DNA of 23,174 nt from an uncultured Aminicenantes bacterium (GTDB taxonomy: Bacteria > Acidobacteriota > Aminicenantia > UBA2199): NCBI GenBank assembly GCA_965195285.1, contig CBDAFS010000056.1, positions 1 through 23,174 of the forward strand. Direction: 5' to 3'. The notes beneath the pieces are model-generated. The model worked only from the letters and a program-made list of their open reading frames with translations. It was not told where the DNA came from and searched no databases. Positions 1 through 7,299 of this stretch are shown piece after piece (within the stretch, counting starts at the first letter, position 1; every line of letters starts with the position of its first letter). Both the position numbers and the translations under genes were made by a program.

Positions 1-315
1 ATCAGGAACAACTGCAATCCCCAATTCAGGAGTTGCCTGGTTCACAAAACCGAATGAATGATTCTCTTTTGTCCAAAACCGATACCATGCAGCACCTAAT
101 TTATTCTCAGAATTCTCAGCTATTATGGCAGTATCTCCGTCTCTCATACCCCAATTTTGCATGATCTTATAAACATCAGGTCTCCGCAAACCATCATGCA
201 AGTTCGGTCTATCCTTAGATACTCGCCAATAGGCGGCTTCAAAAAGCATTTCTTTCAGAAAATGAAGATCGCTATTTGTGGCCTTACGTATTTTGTTGTT
301 CTTATTTTGATGCAT
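1..315 (-). CDS. GNAT family N-acetyltransferase (3' end runs off the window)
   Basis: Not in ORF track. Manual translation from ATG at 315: MHQNKNNKIRKATNSDLHFLKEMLFEAAYW...WGMRDGDTAIIAENSENKLGAAWYRFWTKENHSFGFVNQATPELGIAVVPD, open to position 1. IR.AT..D start and GAAWYR...PELGIAV are typical of this GNAT subfamily. The ATG lies inside a GTTATGC core-like heptamer. Confidence 0.8.
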   Translation of the reverse strand, partial: MHQNKNNKIRKATNSDLHFLKEMLFEAAYWRVSKDRPNLHDGLRRPDVYKIMQNWGMRDGDTAIIAENSENKLGAAWYRFWTKENHSFGFVNQATPELGIAVVPD

Positions 316-459
316 AACGTGACCTGCCCCCATTTATTGTACCACTTTTAAAGTTAGTGATCCGCTATTTTTATATGTTCATTGTTTTAATATTAGCAAA
401 CGTTTGTGTATATTCAATTGTGTTTATTCCTTATTCTATCTCGCATTTATTCTTCCGAC

Positions 460-550
460 ACATGACTATTAATAAACATTCAGTATATATTTTATTAAAA
501 TAAAAGCTAAATATCAAAAAAATTGATTGTTTATACCGCTCGCTTTTCGC
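460..550 (-). repeat. Promoter + attI-like platform, copy A
   Basis: About 75/85 identical by hand alignment to 3030-3113. TTGATA (517-512), 17 nt, TAAAAT (494-489), then AATGTTTATTAATA-GTCATGT (core at 466-460, GTC instead of GTT). Confidence 0.65.
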
Positions 551-614
551 TGGATTTTTTAAAAGAATAAACAAACCAATTCTTTTTGTTGAGAATATAA
601 TATTGTTTTATGTA

Positions 615-1475
615 TTATTTTAAATATGTTAATAATTTTTCCAGATAATCAAGGAAAAAATGTCGGTTCCACAAATCTAGAGCTATGAGGTCCTGAGATT
701 TCAAAAAACGTCGGACATCTTCTTTTACAAAATCCCAGTTGAGCTGGTTGATTTTTTCCCTCATCCGGATTTCATACCACTCTTTGGTAACAGTGATCTT
801 TTCATTTTTCCAGGGCCCCATCTGGTTAATTGCATTGGATAAGAGAGTAAAATTAACGTCAAACTTCCGGGTAATAAGCCATATAAAATCATACCAGTCC
901 CTGCCTTTTGTATATTGTCGGCAAAGAAGTGCATGATTTTTTAATGCAAATGCACTGGCTGGCTCCTGGATGGTGATGGAATAAGGTAGGGGAAAGTCAA
1001 GAAATTTTGTCTCCCATACAGAACCTTCAGGTGGATTGGTATCGATTTCCAGGCGAATTTTTACTTTAGGCAATCTCCCGGTTTTGGATTCTGTATGAAA
1101 TTGAATTAACTTTCCAATGGAATCATCCTTTAAAAATACTTTTTTAACAGGTTCTTCAAGCTCGGATTTATCAAGGACTTCCAGCCGGTACCCATAAGTC
1201 TGAAATTCCAATGATAAATTTTTTATAAATGGATCCCATTTAAAATTTGAATTAGGTTTGATTAATAAAAAATCAAGATCCTCTGAAAACCTGTTCATCC
1301 CGTAAAGTACCCTTAAACAGGTTCCCCCATGGAATGCTGCATAATTAAAGAACCTGTTTCTTGACAAACTCATAAGAGCAATCTCCTGGATAATCTCCCG
1401 AATGGCCTGCTCCTCTTCTTGAATATTTTGACAATGATACTCTTTTAATCTTTCCTGAATAATTTTAATGCTCAT
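615..1475 (-). CDS. abiEii: AbiEii/AbiGii family nucleotidyltransferase toxin (type IV TA)
   Basis: FHGGTCLR and RFSEDLDF nucleotidyltransferase motifs, KGRDWYD C-terminal motif; start overlaps the end of the upstream antitoxin-like ORF. Confidence 0.9.
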   Translation of the reverse strand: MSIKIIQERLKEYHCQNIQEEEQAIREIIQEIALMSLSRNRFFNYAAFHGGTCLRVLYGMNRFSEDLDFLLIKPNSNFKWDPFIKNLSLEFQTYGYRLEVLDKSELEEPVKKVFLKDDSIGKLIQFHTESKTGRLPKVKIRLEIDTNPPEGSVWETKFLDFPLPYSITIQEPASAFALKNHALLCRQYTKGRDWYDFIWLITRKFDVNFTLLSNAINQMGPWKNEKITVTKEWYEIRMREKINQLNWDFVKEDVRRFLKSQDLIALDLWNRHFFLDYLEKLLTYLK

Positions 1476-2106
1476 TTTTCAACTCCATCTTAATCCCTTG
1501 AACAAAATTATCAATCCGCCTGTTTTTGTATTTTAAAGCTAGAATCTCAAGCTGATTGAAAGAAATTTTGCTTATTACATTTCGTTCAATTCTCAGATCA
1601 CTGAACAATGGATCAATACTGTTCCATTCTTTTTTATAAACAAAAATAAAATCCAAAAGAGCCTTTACAGGAGAAGCAATAAAAAAAGATCCATTGGATT
1701 CGCTCTTCCTATTCACATCAAAAAAAGCATCTTTTGCTGGAATCTTCAAATATGAAAACATGCCGACAGGAGTTTTAAATGTTTTTGATCGTTTCACACA
1801 TGCACTTGTGATAGTATAAACAGCCTCTGGAATCCAGCCATAATAAAACAGGGCGGATAAAAAACTGATATATGATGGTCCATATATTTTTTCCGCTACT
1901 TCAAATAAGTTCAACGGTTTTTTGCGATATTTTTCATTTAAACAATACAAACCCCTCCGGATTCGAATCAACCTTCCACTGGCCATAGCCCTTTTTACAA
2001 TCCCATAACGCTGATAATCACTGAATTCCTGCAGGATGATCTTGATTTCATTTTCTGTAATCAGTTCACCTGCTTTTTTTTCCAGAATACAATCAATAAT
2101 ATCCAT
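1465..2106 (-). CDS. abiEi: AbiEi family antitoxin / transcriptional regulator (type IV TA)
   Basis: LIRIRRGLY wHTH motif, PSYISFLSALFYYGWIPE and ASPVKALLD motifs. ATG at 2106 with GGTGA upstream is preferred over GTG at 2124. Confidence 0.85.
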   Translation of the reverse strand: MDIIDCILEKKAGELITENEIKIILQEFSDYQRYGIVKRAMASGRLIRIRRGLYCLNEKYRKKPLNLFEVAEKIYGPSYISFLSALFYYGWIPEAVYTITSACVKRSKTFKTPVGMFSYLKIPAKDAFFDVNRKSESNGSFFIASPVKALLDFIFVYKKEWNSIDPLFSDLRIERNVISKISFNQLEILALKYKNRRIDNFVQGIKMELKNEH

Positions 2107-2130
2107 ATAATCACCAACCAGCACTTAATA

Positions 2131-2171
2131 TATTGCACGAAACTGTCTAAAAACAACAGTTTTGTACAATA
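2131..2171. promoter_or_regulatory. Inverted-repeat operator of the abiE operon
   Basis: TATTGCACGAAACTGT (2131-2146), 9-nt spacer, ACAGTTTTGTACAATA (2156-2171); arms match 14/16. Lies between a candidate promoter (TTGAAA 2200-2195, N17, TAATAT) and the start codon. AbiEi proteins are known to autorepress via promoter inverted repeats. Confidence 0.7.
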
Positions 2172-2364
2172 ATATTACTATAATAAAAAAAATTTTTCAA
2201 GCCCACTGGCGAAAATTTCCCCAACACATAAAAGGAACACGGGAGGAGGAGAATTGAGTTACAAACCCGACAGCTATTAGGACAATAGCGACTATCCCTA
2301 AAGTGGTTGCACTGATAAAACTGTTCCTTTCAGGTTGATTTATTATGCAGTATTTTTTGAAATG

Positions 2365-2437
2365 CTATAACGGCCAAACTCACCTGCCGCTATGGAACGC
2401 CAGCGGAATTGTGGTCAGGTGCAGCGTCTTGTTAACC
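2365..2437 (-). mobile_element. Integron attC recombination site (73 bp)
   Basis: Minus strand: GGTTAAC (R'', contains stop codon of the upstream ORF)-AAGAC-GCTGCACCTGACCAC...GCGGCAGGTGAGT-TTGGCC-GTTATAG (R'). Shows 5/6-nt spacers, L''/L' pairing with two extrahelical bases, and a variable central region. Confidence 0.85.
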
Positions 2438-2980
2438 GTTCTCATCTTTCCCTTGCTTTTTAAGCAATTCCTCAATCCGAACAAAGAACTCATTTCGAAT
2501 CTTCTCTATATGCAATGCTTCCCTGTAATCAAGTATTGCCTTGTCCTTACGCTTAAACCTGTCCGGTTCTACTTGCAACGCATAAGAATTGACCTGTCTT
2601 TTCCAGAACCACTCTGCACAACAAAACTGGACGTTTTCCGGATCAATGGCCGGAATTACTTTTAAAACCTCAAACAATCCTCTTCCCGAAGCACTGTTTT
2701 CAACGCAGAAGGCAATGTAGGCGATCCGGTACTCCACTTTGGCGATTGTATCTTTAACCGGCAGGGGCTCAAGGTTATGAAGATCTTTCTGGCCGTTGTA
2801 AACAAAGTGTCCATGGCAGCTTTGCAGAGTGAAACAACAAGGCAATTTGTTAAAACCGTTGATGATCTTAATAATGGGTACATCAATCATATCATCGGTG
2901 AGACCGCACAGGCTTTTCTGCTTTTGAACTTGATAATACGGATTTTCCGCTAATTCTTTTAGTTCAGTGAAGGTTTCCAA
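2432..2980 (-). CDS. Hypothetical gene-cassette protein with TYW3-like N-terminal motif
   Basis: 182 aa, TTG start; bounded by GTTAGGC (3030-3024) and the attC. IDVPIIKIINGFNKLPCCFTLQSCHGH resembles the D.PI..L...IN......T.SSC.G motif of TYW3-type proteins. Confidence 0.7.
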   Translation of the reverse strand: METFTELKELAENPYYQVQKQKSLCGLTDDMIDVPIIKIINGFNKLPCCFTLQSCHGHFVYNGQKDLHNLEPLPVKDTIAKVEYRIAYIAFCVENSASGRGLFEVLKVIPAIDPENVQFCCAEWFWKRQVNSYALQVEPDRFKRKDKAILDYREALHIEKIRNEFFVRIEELLKKQGKDENG

Positions 2981-3023
2981 CTTTGACAGCCCTGCCCATA
3001 CAGAGATAAATTACGTTATCTTC

Positions 3024-3113
3024 GCCTAACTATTATCAAACATCAGTTTATATTTTATTAAAATAAAGAGTAAATATCAAATAAATTGATTATTTATACC
3101 GCTCGTTTTTCGC
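3024..3113 (-). promoter_or_regulatory. Promoter + attI-like platform, copy B
   Basis: TTGATA (3080-3075), 17 nt, TAAAAT (3057-3052), then GATGTTTGATAATA-GTTAGGC (perfect GTTRRRY at 3030-3024), directly upstream of an attC-terminated cassette. Confidence 0.7.
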
Positions 3114-3588
3114 CTGGGAAGTTTGTTTTACCAAATCGATCATAGGCAAAGGGCGACAGATCAAAATCTGTCTTTCCTTCCAATATGAGCTCGCTCAAAA
3201 CTTGCCCCACTACCGGTCCATCCCCTTATCATTTTGGAATCAGCCATGACCGGAGCCCGTTGAACCAGTGCCTCCACCACCTTAATCATGAAGGCCTGAT
3301 CAACCTGAAGATTAAAGCTGGATGGTTCTTCCAGATCACTCATTCCGGTCAGAATCATCGAATTCTCGCCCCGGAAATAATGACGCATGTCCATATCAAT
3401 GACCATTGGTACTGGCCGGGGAATGTCTTTGGTACAGGTGATGACAAAAACCTGGCGGCGATAGGGCAGAACCGGGAGGTCAAGCCCAATCATTCGGGCC
3501 ACTTTTTGGCCAGGTTATAGGCAACCGAAGTACCCAGTATTCCTCCGCCAATAATGATTATTTCAGCAATACTATTCCAGTTTTTCAC
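3094..3588 (-). pseudogene. FAD-dependent oxidoreductase (DAO/sarcosine oxidase beta-like), two internal deletions
   Basis: Three segments joined out of frame: N-terminus MKNWNSIAEIIIIGGGILGTSVAYNLAKK (GTG 3588, GxGxxG), middle VARMIGLDLPVLPYRRQVF...IRGWTG, and C-terminus PVVGQVLSELILEGKTDFDLSPFAYDRFGKTNFPGEKRAV* (stop 3094). About 165 codons in total versus roughly 380 typical. Confidence 0.85.
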
Positions 3589-4982
3589 TTTCTCTTCCAA
3601 ATATAATAGACCGGAATCCCGATAATTGTCAATCCAATACCTGCAAGTGATTCCACTGGCTTTTCAATCAATGTATTAAAAAGAATCCCACTGGAGGCTA
3701 AAATGAAGATAATGGGTACAACCGGATATCCCCAGGTTTTGTACGGCCTGGAAAGGTTGGGATATTTTCCTCTCAATTTAAAAACAGAGGCGGCGGCAGC
3801 AATCCAAAAAACAATAGAGATAAACATGGCAAAGGTAATAATCTGTTCAAATGATCCGCTGAGTACCAAAACACAAGACCAGAGAGCCTGTATGAATATG
3901 GCGAATCCAGGTGTTTTGAAACGCGGGTGAATCCTGGCAGCCCGACTAAAAAAGATTCCGTCCCTGGCCATGGCATAATAAACCCGGGGACCGGTTAAAA
4001 TTGAACCGTTGAGTGATCCGAAAGTGGAGAGGACCACGGCAATGGCAACAATCACCCCCCAGGAACCTCCAAAAAGAGCGGTTGCGGATTTTTCGGCAAC
4101 TCTGATTACTCCGGTAATTTTCTCAATGGGAAGACTGTACAGATAAATATAATTGACCAAAACATAGAGTGAGGTGACACCAATGGTTCCCAAGAAGAGG
4201 GCGCGAGGGATATTGTATGCTGGTTTTTTTATTTCTCCGGCAACAAAATTGACATTATTCCACCCGTCAAAAGCCCAGGTAACGGCAATCAAAGCCAGGC
4301 CAAAACCGACCATCAATTGACTCAAATCCAGGCCAGCCGGATTCAACTCGAAAGAGACAGAATGGCCCCGGCCAAAAAGAAAACCCATTAAAACAAAACC
4401 AACCAGAGTGGCAATTTTGATAACCGTTATGATGTTTTGAATGGATTTTCCAAAAATTAGCCCCAAATAATTAGCAACCGACAAAAAGACAATGACCAGA
4501 ACCGCTACCAGCTGAGCCATGGAAAACGAATAAGAAAATGATTGACCCATAGCCCTAAGATTAATTGCAAAGCAACTATTTTCTGTGGATAAAACCGGAA
4601 TCAGATAGCCAAAATACTCGGCAAAGGCAATAGCCAGAGCAGCAATCCCGCCGGTCATATAAACCAGAAAAGTAATCCAGCCGTACAGAAATCCCACCAG
4701 TGGCCCATACGCCTCTTTCAGATAAACGTATTGGCCCCCGGCTCTGGGCATGGATGCCCCCAGTTCAGCATAAGTAAGGGCACCGGCCAGGGTTAAAACG
4801 CCACCGATAAACCAGGCCAGAAGAATCAGCCCCGGAGACGGAATGGCTTTGGCCATTATTCCGGTGGTGAGAAATATACCGGATCCAATAATAATGCCCA
4901 TCATAACCATGATGGAATCAAATAGATTAAGCTGCCGGTTTAAACCGAATCCGGAATCAGGCAAACTATTGGGTTTTTGCAT
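3585..4982 (-). CDS. APC family amino acid permease
   Basis: IIGSGIF, YAELG...P.AGG.Y.YL, FDGW...AGEIK.P..N.PRA and RPYKTWGYP motifs; about 12 hydrophobic segments. Confidence 0.93.
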   Translation of the reverse strand: MQKPNSLPDSGFGLNRQLNLFDSIMVMMGIIIGSGIFLTTGIMAKAIPSPGLILLAWFIGGVLTLAGALTYAELGASMPRAGGQYVYLKEAYGPLVGFLYGWITFLVYMTGGIAALAIAFAEYFGYLIPVLSTENSCFAINLRAMGQSFSYSFSMAQLVAVLVIVFLSVANYLGLIFGKSIQNIITVIKIATLVGFVLMGFLFGRGHSVSFELNPAGLDLSQLMVGFGLALIAVTWAFDGWNNVNFVAGEIKKPAYNIPRALFLGTIGVTSLYVLVNYIYLYSLPIEKITGVIRVAEKSATALFGGSWGVIVAIAVVLSTFGSLNGSILTGPRVYYAMARDGIFFSRAARIHPRFKTPGFAIFIQALWSCVLVLSGSFEQIITFAMFISIVFWIAAAASVFKLRGKYPNLSRPYKTWGYPVVPIIFILASSGILFNTLIEKPVESLAGIGLTIIGIPVYYIWKRK

Positions 4983-5164
4983 TCGTTGAATCCCGGATTA
5001 TAAACCCAGGTATGGATAAATAATGATCGTCCATTAGATTTATATCAGTCAGCATTCCTATAACATACAACCAATAGTAAGTCAAAGTTGTTCGTTTTCA
5101 ATACGATTGTCTATATATGATAATAGGTTACTCATATTTATTTGATAATAATATTATTAGATTG

Positions 5165-5193
5165 TTGACATAACTCAATTTTTATACTATATT
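5165..5193 (+). promoter_or_regulatory. sigma70-type promoter of hsp20
   Basis: TTGACA (5165-5170), 17 nt, TATATT (5188-5193); AAGGAGG RBS before ATG 5233. Confidence 0.55.
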
Positions 5194-5232
5194 GTTAATG
5201 TAAAACGAAAAAAATAAACAAGGAGGTTTAAA

Positions 5233-5679
5233 ATGAATTTAGTAAGATGGAGTCCTTTCAGGGACTTTACTGATCTGCAAGAGCGATTCAATCAACTCTT
5301 GAAAACTGACATGTGGAAAGAGAATGATTCCAACGATTTCGCCATGAACTCATGGTCGCCTTCAACAGATATCTATAAAACCAAGGATGACTACGTATTT
5401 AAACTTGAGATTCCGGGAATGAATAAGGATGATATCCAGATCGAATTCAATAACGATACCCTGACCATAAAGGGCGACAGAAAAGAGGAAAAAGAAATCA
5501 ATAAGGAAGACTATCACAGAACTGAAAGATGTTGCGGATCTTTCTCACGTTCATTCAATTTACCGAAAAATGTTGATGAAAAAAATATCGATGCATCCAT
5601 GAAGGATGGAATTCTGGAACTTCGTATTCCCAAAAAAGAAGAAGCCAAAATCAAAGCAATTCCAATTAAAATCAAATAA
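5233..5679 (+). CDS. Hsp20/alpha-crystallin small heat shock protein
   Basis: WSPSTDIY...EIPGM.K.DI, ER..GSFSRSF.LP and A.MKDGILEL.IPK motifs. Confidence 0.95.
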   Translation: MNLVRWSPFRDFTDLQERFNQLLKTDMWKENDSNDFAMNSWSPSTDIYKTKDDYVFKLEIPGMNKDDIQIEFNNDTLTIKGDRKEEKEINKEDYHRTERCCGSFSRSFNLPKNVDEKNIDASMKDGILELRIPKKEEAKIKAIPIKIK

Positions 5680-5692
5680 AAGGTTCTTGCAG

Positions 5693-5732
5693 AAAAAAAA
5701 AGGGCAGCCTGTTTTCAGGCTGCCCTTTTTTT
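5693..5732. terminator. Bidirectional intrinsic terminator
   Basis: A-run, GGGCAGCCTG-TTTT-CAGGCTGCCC perfect 10-bp stem, T-run; lies between convergent hsp20 and fumarase beta genes. Confidence 0.92.
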
Positions 5733-5755
5733 ATCCGATAATTTTTAAGCTTATA

Positions 5756-6337
5756 TTATAGTGATAAAATATCTTTGGCAATCTGAGTGGACTTTTCTAA
5801 AATTTCCTTATGCAGGCTTCCACCATGGGAATCCATGGTGACCACCAGAGGAAAATCCTCTACTTCGATCACCCAAAATGCTTCCGGAGTTCCAAATTCT
5901 TCCAATTTATAAACTGTTTTTACATTTTTTACCGCAAAGGCAATCAGGGTTCCGGCCCCGCCAATCGCATGAAAATATACGGCCCCGCACTTTTTCAGAC
6001 CATCAGCTGTTTTAGCCCCCATTCCCCCTTTACCGATCACCCCTCGAACACCGTATTCACTGATCACATCTGCCTGATAGGGTTCCTCCCGGATGGATGT
6101 GGTAGGGCCTGCCGACACGAAACTCCATTTTCCACTGTCATCCTTTTTTACTACAGGGCCGCAGTGGTAGATAACCGACTCTTTCAAATCGTCGCGGATA
6201 AAATCCGGTTTCTCATCCACCATCAATTTATGGGCCTGGTCTCGGGCGGTAACAATAACACCGGATAACAGAACTTCGTCACCGACTTTTAATTTTCTAA
6301 TATCATCTTCTGAAATCGGAGTTTTAAGCTTAATCAT
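5756..6337 (-). CDS. Class I fumarate hydratase / tartrate dehydratase, beta (C-terminal) subunit
   Basis: TARDQAH, IYHCGP, AGPTTS.R, IGKGG and EVEDFP..V..D..G motifs. Confidence 0.93.
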   Translation of the reverse strand: MIKLKTPISEDDIRKLKVGDEVLLSGVIVTARDQAHKLMVDEKPDFIRDDLKESVIYHCGPVVKKDDSGKWSFVSAGPTTSIREEPYQADVISEYGVRGVIGKGGMGAKTADGLKKCGAVYFHAIGGAGTLIAFAVKNVKTVYKLEEFGTPEAFWVIEVEDFPLVVTMDSHGGSLHKEILEKSTQIAKDILSL

Positions 6338-7196
6338 AAGTCACCTCATCGTTTATTATGGTCATGGATTTTCTTCTGAAAGCCCAGCAGGTATATGAAA
6401 CTGAGACAAAATAGGAAGCGGGATGTCGATGCTGGGTGGCAGCAAACACATCCAAAACAGTGGTTTTCCCCCCAAATCCCATGGGTCCGATTCCCAGTTT
6501 ATTTAACTCTTTATAAAGATTGATCTCCAAATCCGACAATTCCGGTTGAGTATTCCGCTGACCGATTTTTCTGAAAAACTGCTGCTTGGAAAGGGCATAT
6601 GACGTGACACGATCCCCCCCGATTCCCACTCCGATGACGCCGGGTGCACAACCCAGTCCCTGGGCTTTTAGGACTGCATCAATAATCAAATTCCGGACCC
6701 CCTGCAAGTCCCTTCCCGCTTTCAACTCGGCATTGGGAAGCTTGTATTGGGTGCCCACATTCTCGCTTCCCCCGCCCTTCAACATCAAACGAATACGAAC
6801 TTCATCTTTATCCCATTGATGAAACTGGAGGTAGGGGGCATTCATTCCGATGTTGTTGCCGGAATTTTTTCCACTAATAGAGTCCACAGCATTTGGTCTT
6901 AAATACTGCAGGTTTGTGGCTTCAACAGCAGACCAATTTACTGCTTCGCGATAGGTTTTTTCCGAAAATCCTTCGGGGAAATCAATATAAACAACCAGAG
7001 ATCCGGTATCCTGGCAAATTGGGGTACTGTTTTCTCTGGCTAACCGAACATTTTCCAAAATGGTGTTAAACACACTCTTGGCCGGGGAACCCTCATCTTC
7101 CCTTTGGAAAGCATCTTCCAGTGCTTTTCCCACATCCGGGGAAAGATCGGTGGCTGCCCTGCGAATCAACTCAAGAATAGCACTTTTCAATTCCAT
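6330..7196 (-). CDS. Class I fumarate hydratase / tartrate dehydratase, alpha (Fe-S) subunit
   Basis: PICQDTG, KGGGSEN, GCAPG and LGIGPMGFGGKTT motifs plus C-terminal CWA; overlaps the beta subunit gene. Confidence 0.93.
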   Translation of the reverse strand: MELKSAILELIRRAATDLSPDVGKALEDAFQREDEGSPAKSVFNTILENVRLARENSTPICQDTGSLVVYIDFPEGFSEKTYREAVNWSAVEATNLQYLRPNAVDSISGKNSGNNIGMNAPYLQFHQWDKDEVRIRLMLKGGGSENVGTQYKLPNAELKAGRDLQGVRNLIIDAVLKAQGLGCAPGVIGVGIGGDRVTSYALSKQQFFRKIGQRNTQPELSDLEINLYKELNKLGIGPMGFGGKTTVLDVFAATQHRHPASYFVSVSYTCWAFRRKSMTIINDEVTYD

Positions 7197-7299
7197 TGGT
7201 TCATCTCCTAAAATTTAGTATTTCATTATACAAAAAAACAAAAGCCCAAACAACAGAATATGAAGAAATAATATACTTTAGCAAAACTGGGGCTGATCT

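Noticed and set aside
157-351. 64-aa plus-strand ORF
   Set aside because: Antisense shadow of the GNAT gene; no recognisable motif.
2345-2886. ORFs 2345-2665 (+) and 2662-2886 (-)
   Set aside because: Overlap the attC and the 182-aa cassette gene; no motifs.
3161-3502. 113-aa ORF as a stand-alone gene
   Set aside because: It is the middle fragment of the deleted oxidoreductase with an out-of-frame tail.
5100-5232. CIRCE or other heat-shock operator upstream of hsp20
   Set aside because: No TTAGCACTC-N9-GAGTGCTAA or clear repeat found.
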